In this document: in pieces, positions 1 to 9,639 of the stretch | How the letters are laid out: every line of letters starts with the position of its first letter | Position numbering within the stretch: the stretch's first letter is position 1 | NCBI GenBank assembly: GCA_963745655.1 | Contig: CAVUYK010000007.1 | Location: 170,985 to 234,984, forward strand | Direction of reading: 5' to 3' | DNA from: Terriglobales bacterium | Lineage (GTDB): Bacteria > Acidobacteriota > Terriglobia > Bryobacterales > Bryobacteraceae | Length of the DNA: 64,000 nucleotides | Made by a program: the position numbers and the translations under genes | Notes under the pieces: generated by a model | Seen by the model: only the letters and a program-made list of their open reading frames with translations | Told to the model about the DNA's origin: nothing | The model's database searches: none

Positions 1-38
1 CCCTGACGCCGCAACACCTGCCAGAAGGAGCGCCGAGC

Positions 39-1400
39 ATGAAAACCAACAAGCGAATGATTGGTTCCCTTATTGCCGTGGGGCTTTCGGCAATGACGGC
101 AACTCCCCGGGAGGCCGGAAGCGAGATGCCGGGAAACGCCGCGAATCCGCAAGCGATCAAGGAGGTTGTCGAGGGCAAGCGCAGCGTTGCCAATGCAGCC
201 TGGTGGGGATTCAACGAGGAAGACTCGACCGAGACGTTGCAGGCGGCCATCAAATCCGGCGCTAAACGGGTGGTCGTGCCCAATATGACTAAGGACTGGA
301 TCGTGCGTCCGATCCAACTCGCCGGGAACCAGGAACTGATCCTGGAGGACGGTGTGGTGATCACAGCCAAGCGGGGTGAGTACCGCTCTCGAGGGGCCAG
401 CGTTTTCACCGCACAGGATATCTCGAATCTCACCATCCGAGGGTATGGCGCCACTGTGCGCATGCAAAAAGAAGACTACATAGTGGGCGATGTACTGGCT
501 CGTCTGGGTTGGAACCGCTGGTTCGGTCAGTACGAGAAAGCGGAATGGCGAATGACCCTGGCACTTCGTGGTGTGAAGAATGCAAAGGTCTCCGGCCTCA
601 CTCTGCGCGACAGCGGCGGCGACGGAATCTACGTCGATGGCGGCAAACAAGAATACTCAAGAAACGTCTCCATCCGCGACGTGCTGTGTGACAACCACTA
701 CCGGCAGGGCATCAGCATCATCAGCGTAGACGGGCTTCTGGTCGAAAACAGCGCCTTCAACAATACCTGGGGTACGCCACCGTGCTCGGGCGTGGATATC
801 GAGCCGGATAGTCCGAAGCACCGGGTGCGGGACGTGGTTTTCCGTAACTGCCGGTTTCTGGACAACTACGGCGATGGCATCGAGGTCTTTCTCGCGCATC
901 TCAAGGCTGAATCCGGCGACGTGTCCATACTGTTTGACAATTGCCGGGTGTCGAGCCGGCGCGGAACGGGAATTCGGGTGACGAAAGTGCACGACGACGG
1001 CGTGGACGGTCTCATCGAGTTCCGCAACTGCTTGGTGGAGAACACGGAGGGCTTCGGCATCAAGGTGCAGGACAAATCCGCGGCCAGGGCGCGCGTGAAG
1101 TTCGTCAACTGCTCGCTGAGGAATACCGCGAACAACCGGATGTACGCGGATGCCTGGACGCCCATCTATATTCAAGCGCGTCAACCGGCTGCGACAAAGA
1201 AACCCGGGGGCATCGACTTCGTGGACTGCTTGGTGGAAGACGATCACGACCGTCCGGCAATTATGGCCGGACTGGCCAACGACGTAGTAGCCCTGTTCGA
1301 CGTAAACGGCAAACTCAAGGTAAGAAACCCGTTCGGTGTGCGGACGGAGCTGGGGAAGAAGCAGGAAGGCATGACGCTGGTGGTGGTGGAGGAGGAGTAG
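39..1400 (+). CDS. Secreted right-handed parallel beta-helix repeat protein (pectate-lyase fold; putative polysaccharide lyase/hydrolase)
   Basis: 453-aa ORF. AAGGAG lies ~8 nt upstream of ATG-39. Hydrophobic N-terminal signal (MIGSLIAVGLSAMTA). Periodic beta-helix rungs: NLTIRGYGATV, VSGLTLRDSGGDGIYVDG, VSIRDVLCDNHYRQGISI, VENSAFNNTWG, VVFRNCRFLDNYGDGIEV, FRNCLVENTEGFGIKV. Confidence 0.7.
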   Translation: MKTNKRMIGSLIAVGLSAMTATPREAGSEMPGNAANPQAIKEVVEGKRSVANAAWWGFNEEDSTETLQAAIKSGAKRVVVPNMTKDWIVRPIQLAGNQELILEDGVVITAKRGEYRSRGASVFTAQDISNLTIRGYGATVRMQKEDYIVGDVLARLGWNRWFGQYEKAEWRMTLALRGVKNAKVSGLTLRDSGGDGIYVDGGKQEYSRNVSIRDVLCDNHYRQGISIISVDGLLVENSAFNNTWGTPPCSGVDIEPDSPKHRVRDVVFRNCRFLDNYGDGIEVFLAHLKAESGDVSILFDNCRVSSRRGTGIRVTKVHDDGVDGLIEFRNCLVENTEGFGIKVQDKSAARARVKFVNCSLRNTANNRMYADAWTPIYIQARQPAATKKPGGIDFVDCLVEDDHDRPAIMAGLANDVVALFDVNGKLKVRNPFGVRTELGKKQEGMTLVVVEEE

Positions 1401-1421
1401 ACACGGGGCAAGCCCCGTGTC
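1400..1421 (+). other. Intercistronic GC-rich hairpin (10-bp stem GACACGGGGC/GCCCCGTGTC)
   Basis: Perfect inverted repeat immediately after the TAG stop at 1398-1400 and 12 nt before ATG-1434. No T-tract follows, so a terminator role is not established. Confidence 0.3.
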
Positions 1422-1433
1422 GTGGAGATTAAT

Positions 1434-3338
1434 ATGACGAAAGCCGATGAGTCAAACCAGGCCTTCTTCCTGTGCGCTCTGGCGGCGTTTGCCATGGCCT
1501 ATGGTTGGGGCTATCGAGGCACGGTCGGGCATGAAGCCGGAGCCATGGTGCCCGGCGCCTTGTTGGGTCTGGTCGTGTGTCTTGGCTCGAACCGCCTGGA
1601 CTGGCATCGACGCGCAGTGGTTGCGGGCTTGTTCGGGGCCATCGGCTGGGCTTGGGGCGGCTCGCTCAGCTACATGGAGCAGACGTTGTACGCGCTCTCG
1701 GACTCGTTTCCCGATGTTCTTTATGGCTACACCATGCTGCTGTTCCTCGGCGCACTGTGGGCGGGTGTCGGGGGCGGCGTGCTGGGGCTGGCTCTCACCG
1801 AGCCCCGCTCGGAGCTGCAGCGCCTGATCCGTCCGTTCACCTGGATCTGCGCCGTGTTCCTGGTGGAGTATCTGTACTTCTTCTTTTCCCCGGCGCAGGC
1901 CGAGGCCCGTGAGACCTTCACCGTACGTAACTTCCATGGCGGCGATTGGGAGTCTGCCGCGACCACCTTGGTGGTGAGCGGCCTGTACTGGCTGTTGTGC
2001 CGGAAAGACCGGAGTGCCACCGCTTTGTTCTTCTGGGGTGCAGTCGCCTGGTGGGTGGGCTACCTTAGCTTCACCAAGTTCGGCGGATTGCGGCTGGCCC
2101 CGTTGCATCGCAGCGAGAGCTGGGGTGGCATTCTGGGTGTTCTCGTCGTCTTGATCGTCTACCTTGTGAAACGCCAGAACCGCGCCGCACTGATGCTCTG
2201 TCTGTACGGCGTTCTGGGCGGCGGCCTGGCGTTTGCCCTGGCTGTGTTCCTGCGTCACCCGCTGGCCGTGCATTGGGGACCGTTTCAGGGCGCATGGCCA
2301 CAGTGGCGATTTGCCGAAGTCCACTTCGGCTTTTTCATGGGCCTGGCCATCGCGCTGGGGATCCGCCGCCTGCTCCGCGGCGGGCTCCAACCGCCTGAGG
2401 AGGACACGCCGCGCGCACCACTCGATGTGTACGGCGCGTTCTTCATCCTTGTGGTGCTGATCTGGGTGAATTTCCGCCGCCACGCGGCGCCACAACTGGC
2501 GGCTTCCGGAACCTCTCCGGCGGCCACGCTGATGAACATTCCATTGTGGGTGTGGTTCTGCTTTGGTGGAGCGCTTGCGACGATGCCGCTGCTCTGGTGC
2601 CTCTACCTTTACCTCCGCGGCGACCGGCAGTTGGTGCCGCCATCCTCCTTCGGCAAGGGTGTGGCGGTGACGCTCATGCTGCTGTGGGTGACCGTGGCCG
2701 GGTACGCGCATCACGACGCCGGCGGCGTCTTTCACGTTGCCGGAGCGCTCCTGCTCTGGATTCCGGCCGCTGTCGCGTCGATGCTGCTGTTGTCATTCAC
2801 CCCAAGCGCACAGTGCGCCGCCGTGCCCAGCAATGCGAGCGCAACACCCTCCGATGCGAAGTGGCGAGTCGGCGCCAAGTATTGGCTGCTCTGGGGATTA
2901 GCTCCAGTGTTTCTTCTGTCGATCTCCGGGCTGAGTATGGCCATGCAGGACGGACCACTGGCGGGCATGGGGCGGAAGCGCTTCGGGCCCGATGCTTACT
3001 GGCGGCAGACCGCGAGGCTCATGGGCACGTGGCGAGCGATCGGGAAGGTGCGGAGAATGGAGGACGCGGAAGTTCGCGCCGATAGCCTGCCCATCTTGAG
3101 TCTGGAGTTCGACCAGAATCGCACCGTGACGGTGACCTTGCCCGAGGGCAAGATCGACCCGAGTCATCAATGGTTCCGCAAGAACCAGTACACCTGGTTG
3201 CGCTGGCACGGCAAGATCCAAAACCACCCGGAGCGCGCCGAGATCCACCTGGAATTTCGCGACCAGCGCCTTTACCTGGCATGGCCGCCCAACCAGCAAA
3301 GTGACGGCTACCTGGTCTTCGAGCGAGTTGAGAAGTGA
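1434..3338 (+). CDS. Polytopic membrane protein of unknown function with C-terminal soluble domain
   Basis: ORF track gives 1422..3338. I prefer ATG-1434 because GGAG sits at 1425-1428. More than 12 hydrophobic W/G/L/F-rich segments cover the first ~480 aa. A hydrophilic ~130-aa tail follows (WRAIGKVRRMED...YLVFERVEK). I recognise no family motif. Confidence 0.6.
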   Translation: MTKADESNQAFFLCALAAFAMAYGWGYRGTVGHEAGAMVPGALLGLVVCLGSNRLDWHRRAVVAGLFGAIGWAWGGSLSYMEQTLYALSDSFPDVLYGYTMLLFLGALWAGVGGGVLGLALTEPRSELQRLIRPFTWICAVFLVEYLYFFFSPAQAEARETFTVRNFHGGDWESAATTLVVSGLYWLLCRKDRSATALFFWGAVAWWVGYLSFTKFGGLRLAPLHRSESWGGILGVLVVLIVYLVKRQNRAALMLCLYGVLGGGLAFALAVFLRHPLAVHWGPFQGAWPQWRFAEVHFGFFMGLAIALGIRRLLRGGLQPPEEDTPRAPLDVYGAFFILVVLIWVNFRRHAAPQLAASGTSPAATLMNIPLWVWFCFGGALATMPLLWCLYLYLRGDRQLVPPSSFGKGVAVTLMLLWVTVAGYAHHDAGGVFHVAGALLLWIPAAVASMLLLSFTPSAQCAAVPSNASATPSDAKWRVGAKYWLLWGLAPVFLLSISGLSMAMQDGPLAGMGRKRFGPDAYWRQTARLMGTWRAIGKVRRMEDAEVRADSLPILSLEFDQNRTVTVTLPEGKIDPSHQWFRKNQYTWLRWHGKIQNHPERAEIHLEFRDQRLYLAWPPNQQSDGYLVFERVEK

Positions 3339-3726
3339 GTACCCAGCACAAGGAAGATCCCACAGTGTTCATGAATCCGGTCCACGGAGCTGTTGTACAA
3401 CTTCGACTGCTGATACGAAGACATTACTCTCCGCACGATCCTCTCAAGCGCCTTCAGGCTGTGCCTGTCGGCAAACAAATCTGGGACCGGCCGCGACCAG
3501 GTACGGCCAGCTTGAAGGCGAAGGACTGGCGGAATCCCGGTGGCGTGAAGGGGGCGGACGGATTTCGAGGCGACGGAGAAGTGAGAGGCCCCTTCCCCCT
3601 GCTGTCTCCTGTCTTCTGTGTTCCGCGCCATCTCCGCGAACACCCCGTTCACAGCACTTATGTGCTTGATTCCATTTCTATTTCTGTCTTTCTGCTAGGG
3701 TCCATGGGTTATACTGTGATCGCATT

Positions 3727-4238
3727 ATGAGCACCTCTTCACTCCGACGGATTCGTTCTTCGCGAGCCAACGGCGCCCGTTTACGGGGACCCAAGAGCAT
3801 CGCCGGCAAACAGCGCTCCTTTCTCAACGCCCTCCGCCACGGCCCGCTTGCCAAACAAGCGGTCCTCTTCGCGGTCCTCTTCAATGAGGCCTCCGCGAAC
3901 TTCGACTTGATGATTGCCCAGCACATTCAGAGATTCGGCCTCGCCGATGGCGTCGAGCTCGGCATGATCGAGGAAATGGACCCGCCTTCTCCACCCTCGC
4001 CGCCTCCCCCCAAGTGGCCCCTTTACGCCTCTATGAGGCCCGCCTCCACCGTATGTATCAGCGCGCCATGAACACCTTTCTTTTGGTCCATAAAACAAAA
4101 TTACCAAACGAACCCAGTTTTCCTTCCGGACACTCCGGCATGCCGGATTTGCCGCCCTGGAGCCGTCCCTGGAAGTCGTGTCCAGTGCCACGCGCGCGGC
4201 TGTGTTACAATCCACCCTCGAACCTGAGCCATGAGTAG
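3727..4238 (+). pseudogene. Remnant of a conserved hypothetical gene (RANGA..GPKS..GK.RS.LNALRHG N-terminus, YEARLHRMYQRA C-terminus), frame-disrupted
   Basis: Frame 1 (3727..) reads MSTSSLRRIRSSRANGARLRGPKSIAGKQRSFLNALRHGPLAKQ...GVELGMIEEM, then degenerates into PPSPPSPPPP. Frame 0 (4014..4238) continues with LRLYEARLHRMYQRAMNTFLLVHKTKLPNEP. The two halves look like the ends of one protein family I recall from soil-bacterial genomes, but the family has no assigned function. Confidence 0.3.
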
Positions 4239-5599
4239 CAACCGCCGAAGTTTCCTTTCCCGACTGCCGGTGTTGGGCGCGGCCCCGGCCGCGGCCAGCG
4301 CCACGCCGCCATCCCGCTCGCTGGTGGACCGATTGTTTGCCACCTTCGACGCGCTCGAAATCGTCGACACGCACGAGCACACGGCGCTCGAGCGGAAGCG
4401 TCTGTCGGAGACGACGGACTTCTTCACGCTCGCCGGACACTACCTGATGGGCGATGTGGTGAGTTCCGGCCTCCCCAAGTCCGCCCAGGACGTGGTGAAC
4501 GACCGGAATGCAACGGCCGCCGCGCGCTGGCGCGCCTTCGAGCCGTGGTGGCGCCACTGCCGGTTTACGGGCTACGGTCAGGCGTTGCGCATCACCATTC
4601 AAGATCTCTACGGTGTGGAGGAGATCTCCGCCGCCACGCTCCCCACCATCAACGAGCGCATCGCCGCGCGCAACCGGCCGGGACTCTATCGCTGGGTCTT
4701 CAAGGAGCGCGCCCGCATCCGCCGCGCTATCGTCGACGACAACTACAACGCCGCGCCCATGAAACTGGATCCTGAGTTCTTCGTCCCGGCGCGTAAGTTC
4801 GATCGCTTCGTCACGCCGCCGACGCGCCGCGCGGTGGAAGAACTCGAGTCCCTCACCGGCGTGAGCATCGCCAATCTCAACGGCCTCAAGCAGGCCATGG
4901 AGAAGAGCTTCGCGCAAAGCGTCGCGGTGGGCATGGCGGCGGTGAAGTCCACCATCGCGTACAACCGGGAACTGCATTTCCGCGAGGTGAGCGAAGCCGA
5001 CGCGGCGCGCGATTTCGAGAGCGTCATGAAGGGCGACCGCGTGTTGCCGGAGGGCTTCCGGCGTTTGCGCGAGAGGCCCTTCCGCAATCTCGAAGACCAC
5101 ATGTTCCATCACGTAATCCGGTTGGCCGAAGCGCACAACTATCCCGTGCAGCTGCACACCGGCCTCCACGCCGGACCGAACTTCATCACGAACTCGCGCC
5201 CCACGCATCTCACCAATCTCTTCATGCTTTATCCGAAGGTGAAGTTCGACCTGTTTCACATCGGCTATCCATACCAGTCCGAACTGGCCGTGCTGGCCAA
5301 GATGTTCCCCAACGTCTACGTGGATTTCTGCTGGGCACACATCATCGCGCCCGGTGTGAGCCGCCGGGCTCTGCACGAATTTCTCGAAACCGTTCCACTC
5401 AACAAGATCATGGGCTTCGGCGGCGACTACAATTTCGCCGAGTTGAGTTACGGCCACGCCAAGATGGCGCGCCGCAACATCGCGCAGGTGCTCGCCGAAA
5501 ACGTCGAGGCCGGCACGCACACCGAGAGACGACGCCGTCGAGATCGGCCGCATGCTGCTTTGCGACAATCCTCTTTCTCTATTCCCGTTGGCGAGGTAA
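4231..5599 (+). CDS. Tat-exported amidohydrolase-family metal-dependent hydrolase (PF04909-like), interrupted by one apparent +1 frameshift near 5527
   Basis: Twin-arginine leader SNRRSFLSRLPVLGAAPAAASA. IVDTHEHT metal-binding motif. After ...ENVEAGTHTE the natural continuation DDAVEIGRMLLCDNPLSLFPLAR* is in the +1 frame, ending TAA 5597-5599. Deleting one A at ~5527 restores it. The next gene starts at 5603. Confidence 0.7.
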
Positions 5600-5602
5600 C
5601 AC

Positions 5603-7291
5603 ATGGGCATGGCACGCTGGCGCTGGTCGATTCCGGTGGCCGTTTCGCTGCTCGCATTGGCCGGTTGCGGCTCGAGCCCGCGTCTGGATTGCTGGATGGT
5701 CGATTCGCTCGAGAAGATCTTCCCCGACGACGCGGCCGGAAGGCACGAGGCGGACGGCGAGCCCCGCTTGATCGCGCGCAACGGACACGCCAGCTTGCAG
5801 ATCGCGCTGCGCTCGAACGAGGGCGTCGCCGCGCTCGGCGTCACGGTCGAGGCGCCGGAGTTCCAGGGCGCGCGTCTGCCGGTGGAGATTCGCCGCGTGG
5901 GTTACGTGCCGGTGGGGTCGAATCCCAACAATACACCGCCGGACGAAGTGGTTCGACCCGCGCCGTCGCTCTTCCCCGATCCGCTATTCGAGGACTTCCC
6001 GCTTAATCTGCCGGCGCGCGAAACGAACGCTATCTGGCTCACGGTTTCCTGCCCCGCCGGCGCGCGCCCCGGCGATTATCGCGGCGAGGCGCGTTTCGCT
6101 CAGAACGGCACGCAACTGGCGAAGAAGAGTTTTACGGTGCGGGTGATGAGCGCCACCGTACCCGCGCGGCAAACCCTGCGGGTGACCAACTGGTTCAACC
6201 TGGATCGGGGCATGCTCCGCCAGCACTATCCATCGCTCGATCGCGATCCGGAGAACTACTGGCGCTTGCTCGAGAACATCGGCCGCGTGCTGGCGGCGCA
6301 TCGGCAAAACGTCATTCTCACACCGGTCACGTCGCTCACCGACATGGTGCCGCGCGGAGGCGCCATCGAATACCGCTTCGACCGGCTGGACCGTTGGGTG
6401 GAGACCTTCGAACGTGCGGGCGTACTCGGCACCATCGAAGGCGGGCACTTGCTGGGCAGGGCCTCCGGTTACGACACGGAACTGGTGGTGCCGGCGCCGG
6501 TGCTTGAGCAAGGCAAGGTGGTGTGGAAGAACCTGCCGCCGGAGGACGCGCGCGGCGAGCGCTTTCTCAATTCGTATCTCTCAGCGCTCTACAAGCACCT
6601 GCAGGAGAAGAACTGGACCGGCCGTTACCTGCAGCACATTCACGATGAACCGCACGGCGCCGAGTCGGCTTCCTATCAGCGCTACGGCCGCATCATCCGC
6701 CGCAACCTTCCCGGCATTCCCACCATCGACGCGATTTCGCTGGATGAGGACGTGCGCTTTTTCGACGTCACCGATATCTGGGTGACCATCCTGGGCAGCT
6801 TCGACCATAAGATGGACGTACTCGGCCGGCACATCGCGCGCGGCGGCCAGGCGTGGTTCTACACGTGCGTCTATCCGCAGGGCCGCTATCTGAACCGCTT
6901 CATCGATCAGCCCCTGGTCAAGGCGCGCCTGCTGCACTGGTTCAACTATCGCCATAACCTGGCGGGCTTCCTGCATTGGGGCGGCAACTTCTGGGGGCCG
7001 CGCCCATTCGAGAACGTGCAGAGAGTGATTAACGACAACCACACGCTGCTGCCGGCCGGCGACAACGCCGTGGTGTATCCGGCGCCCGCGGCGAACACCG
7101 TGCTGAGCAGCGTGCGCCTGGAAGCCATGCGCGAGGGCATCGAGGACTACGAGTTGCTGCGCGCGCTGGGCGCGCGCGACGCGGCCCGCGCCCAGGCCTT
7201 GGCCGAAAAGGCCATTCCTCACGTCAACGACTACGTGCGGGACCCCCGCGAATTCCGCCAACTCGAACGCCGTCTTCTGGAGGCATTCTGA
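5603..7291 (+). CDS. DUF4091 / GH123-like glycoside-hydrolase-domain lipoprotein
   Basis: 562 aa. Lipobox LLALAGC. Conserved run HIHDEPHG, WFYTCVYP, FIDQPLVKARLLHWFNYRHNLAGFLHWGGNFW, RLEAMREGIEDYELL, typical of DUF4091 proteins. Confidence 0.7.
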   Translation: MGMARWRWSIPVAVSLLALAGCGSSPRLDCWMVDSLEKIFPDDAAGRHEADGEPRLIARNGHASLQIALRSNEGVAALGVTVEAPEFQGARLPVEIRRVGYVPVGSNPNNTPPDEVVRPAPSLFPDPLFEDFPLNLPARETNAIWLTVSCPAGARPGDYRGEARFAQNGTQLAKKSFTVRVMSATVPARQTLRVTNWFNLDRGMLRQHYPSLDRDPENYWRLLENIGRVLAAHRQNVILTPVTSLTDMVPRGGAIEYRFDRLDRWVETFERAGVLGTIEGGHLLGRASGYDTELVVPAPVLEQGKVVWKNLPPEDARGERFLNSYLSALYKHLQEKNWTGRYLQHIHDEPHGAESASYQRYGRIIRRNLPGIPTIDAISLDEDVRFFDVTDIWVTILGSFDHKMDVLGRHIARGGQAWFYTCVYPQGRYLNRFIDQPLVKARLLHWFNYRHNLAGFLHWGGNFWGPRPFENVQRVINDNHTLLPAGDNAVVYPAPAANTVLSSVRLEAMREGIEDYELLRALGARDAARAQALAEKAIPHVNDYVRDPREFRQLERRLLEAF

Positions 7292-8831
7292 TGCGCTACC
7301 GGATCTTCTGCACTCTTCTGCTGGTCTGGTTCGCCTCCAGTTGCCGCCGCACGAAACCTGTCGAAGCGTGGTGGGTGGATTCGCTGGTCAAAGTGTTTCC
7401 GGACGATTCCGTGGGGAGCCACGCGCTGGGCCAGCCGGCGTTCGCCGCCGCGCGGCGGGCCAACCTCAGCCTGCAGTTGGCGCTCCGATCGCCCCTCGGC
7501 ATCGGCGATCTGTATGTCGATGCGCTGCCGCTTTCCGGGCCGGGAATGCCCATCGACCGCATCCAGGTCCGCCGGGTGGAATACGTCGTGGCGACCACCA
7601 ACACGCCTGGCGCGTCGCGCAACGCGGTGCTGCGCCAAGCCCCGGCCTGGTTTCCAGACGCCCTGGTCACGGGATTCCCCATGACGGTGGAAAAGAACCG
7701 GACGCGCGCGGTGTGGATCACCGTCTCCGTCGCCGCGGATCAGAGCATCGGCCATTACGCCGGCGTGCTGCGCCTGCGCCAGGGACTCGAGGAACTGATC
7801 CGCATCCCGTACACTCTGGATGTGACCGAGGCCGCCGTGCCCGCGGAAATTCCCTTCGAGGTCTCCCATCGCTTCATTTTGAACGAGGCCTATAGCCAGC
7901 AGTTCTACCGCACTGCGCGGTTCTCCAGTCAATGGTGGGTGATGGCCGGAAACCTTTCACGATTCCTGGCCGGCTATCATCAGACTTCCATACCGGCCGA
8001 TCCCATGGAACTGGTGGTCGCCGGAGCGAGCGGCGCAGAGATGCGCTATGACTTTTCCAATTACGTCCGCTTCGTGCGCCTGTTCGAGTCTGCCGGTGTG
8101 CGCGGATCTCTGGATGGGGGGCAGTTGCTCGGCCGCGGCGCTGCGCGCGGGCGATCCGCTGACCATGCGCATCTGGGCGGTGGAAGACGGCCGCGCGGTC
8201 CGAGCGGCGCGTCGTCATCAACGACGCGCGCGTGCCGGCGTTCCTGGCGGGCTTCTACGGATCGCTACGGCAGGCGCTGGCCGAACAGGGCTGGGAAAAC
8301 CGCTACGCGCAAGGATTGCTGGATGCGCCCGGCACGCGGGAAGTCCAAGACTGCGCTCGCATGGCGGCCGCGATCCGGCGCCTGATGCCCGGCGCGCGGA
8401 TGGTGGATTGGCCGCCGCGCGGCCGCCAGACGGGCGCATTTCTCGATCACCCGCTGATCGAGACGCGCATCCTCGGATGGATCGACTTCCAGCAGGGCCT
8501 CCGCGGCCGCTTACGCTGGGAGGGGAACCGCTGGAGCCCCGACCCGTTCAAAGACACGCAACCCGTCCTCGACGGCGAATCCGGTTTCCCGCCTCCGGGC
8601 GCGGCCCACCTCACTTACCCGAACCGCGAGGGCCGCACCTTCTACTCTTCCATCCGGCTCGAACAGATGCGCGAGTCCATCGAGGACTACGCGCTGCTAA
8701 TGGAATTGAGCCGGAAGGACCCCGCGAAAGCCCGGGACCTGGCCACCCGCATGGCTGGCCCCACCACCGGGCAAGTCGGTGAGCCGGCGGCGTTTCGCCT
8801 GATCCTGCGGGAATTGCTCGACTCGTTTTAG
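7291..8831 (+). pseudogene. Second DUF4091 / GH123-like lipoprotein paralog, two frame disruptions (~8150 and ~8205)
   Basis: The ATG overlaps the upstream stop (TGATG). The N-terminus parallels the upstream paralog (WWVDSLVKVFPDD vs CWMVDSLEKIFPDD). The reading continues in frame 2 (AGDPLTMRIWAVEDGRAVRA) and then frame 0 (VINDARVPAFLAGFYG...IRLEQMRESIEDYALL). Both junctions lie in G/C runs. Confidence 0.65.
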
Positions 8832-9015
8832 GCCCAATACTGTTCACTTGCCGCGAAGGTTGCCACTGGCACGGATTTGTAGGGCGGTCCCCCTGGACCG
8901 CGCCGGACCCCTAGGTCCGGCCGCTGCCGGCGAACTGGGAGGGCCGACGAGGGCGTCGACCCGCGGACCTGGGGTCCGCCCCGCGAAGACTAAGTGAACA
9001 GTATTGGTTTTAGGC
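8826..9015. mobile_element. MITE-like non-autonomous element: 174 bp (8834-9007) with 16-bp perfect TIRs, flanked by an 8-bp direct duplication
   Basis: TIR-L is CCAATACTGTTCACTT (8834-8849). TIR-R is AAGTGAACAGTATTGG (8992-9007), its exact reverse complement. TTTTAGGC occurs immediately outside both ends (8826-8833 and 9008-9015). There is no ORF inside, and the interior is itself GC-rich and imperfectly palindromic. Confidence 0.7.
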
Positions 9016-9026
9016 CCGGGGGAGTT

Positions 9027-9482
9027 TCAGCCGCTCTTGCGCTTCGCCTTGGCCGCCATCTGCTGGGAAGCGGGCGGCTTCTTGGGAACCTGACGGCGCA
9101 GGAGCCGGCTGACCGAACGCACCATGTGAGTCACTTCGTGCGAGCTCTTCTGTATGACCACGTCGGCGCCCGTGTTGGACTCGTTCAATCCCAGCGGCTC
9201 GGCGAAGCCGGAAATCAGAATGACGGGGATCTCTTTGTTCTGCTTGCGCACCCGTTCGATAAGCTCGATGCCGTTCATGCGGGGCATTTTATAATCGGTG
9301 ATCACAAGATCGAAGGTCTCACGGCTGAAACACTCCAACCCCTCGTGCCCGCTGACAGCGGTGGTCACCTTATAGCCGAACTCCTCCAGTACCGATTTCC
9401 GCGCGGCCAAGCCGGCCTGATTGTCGTCCACCAACAAAATGCGCGCCACTGGAACGGAACTGGAAGAGGATGATGGCTTCAT
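9027..9482 (-). CDS. Stand-alone CheY-like response regulator (receiver domain only) with basic C-terminal tail
   Basis: ILLVDDNQAGL...DLVITDYKMPRMNGIELI...IPVILISGF receiver motifs. I prefer the start at MKPSSSS (9482) over the longer ORF to 9602. The tail is KKPPASQQMAAKAKRKSG. Confidence 0.75.
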   Translation of the reverse strand: MKPSSSSSSVPVARILLVDDNQAGLAARKSVLEEFGYKVTTAVSGHEGLECFSRETFDLVITDYKMPRMNGIELIERVRKQNKEIPVILISGFAEPLGLNESNTGADVVIQKSSHEVTHMVRSVSRLLRRQVPKKPPASQQMAAKAKRKSG

Positions 9483-9639
9483 GAAGACTATCGAAAGGTA
9501 ACAAAGCTGAAATTGAACTGTCAATCGTTTTGTATCGAGTTGAAAAGCGGAAAGATTGAATTCTTGACTTTCGCGATTCGTGTTGTTCCGGAAGCGCGCC
9601 ATCGTCGATGGGGCACGAAAAGTGGCGCGTGCGGAAACG

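Noticed and set aside
5500-5600. Programmed ribosomal frameshifting as the explanation for the split genes (example: amidohydrolase)
   Set aside because: The junctions lack slippery heptamers (X XXY YYZ) and obvious downstream structures. They occur in unrelated gene families and mostly coincide with short G/C runs. Indel error or mutation is more parsimonious.
3781-5844. 687-aa ORF on the minus strand
   Set aside because: It is antisense to the strongly supported amidohydrolase and DUF4091 genes. Its composition is dominated by Arg/Ala/Gly/His and it has no family motifs. This is a typical shadow ORF of GC-rich DNA.
8866-8882. Sigma-54-like TGGCACG...TTGT motif inside the MITE-like element
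   Set aside because: The spacing to the -12 element is one base short, and the -12 GC is replaced (TTGT instead of TTGC). No co-directional gene lies downstream.
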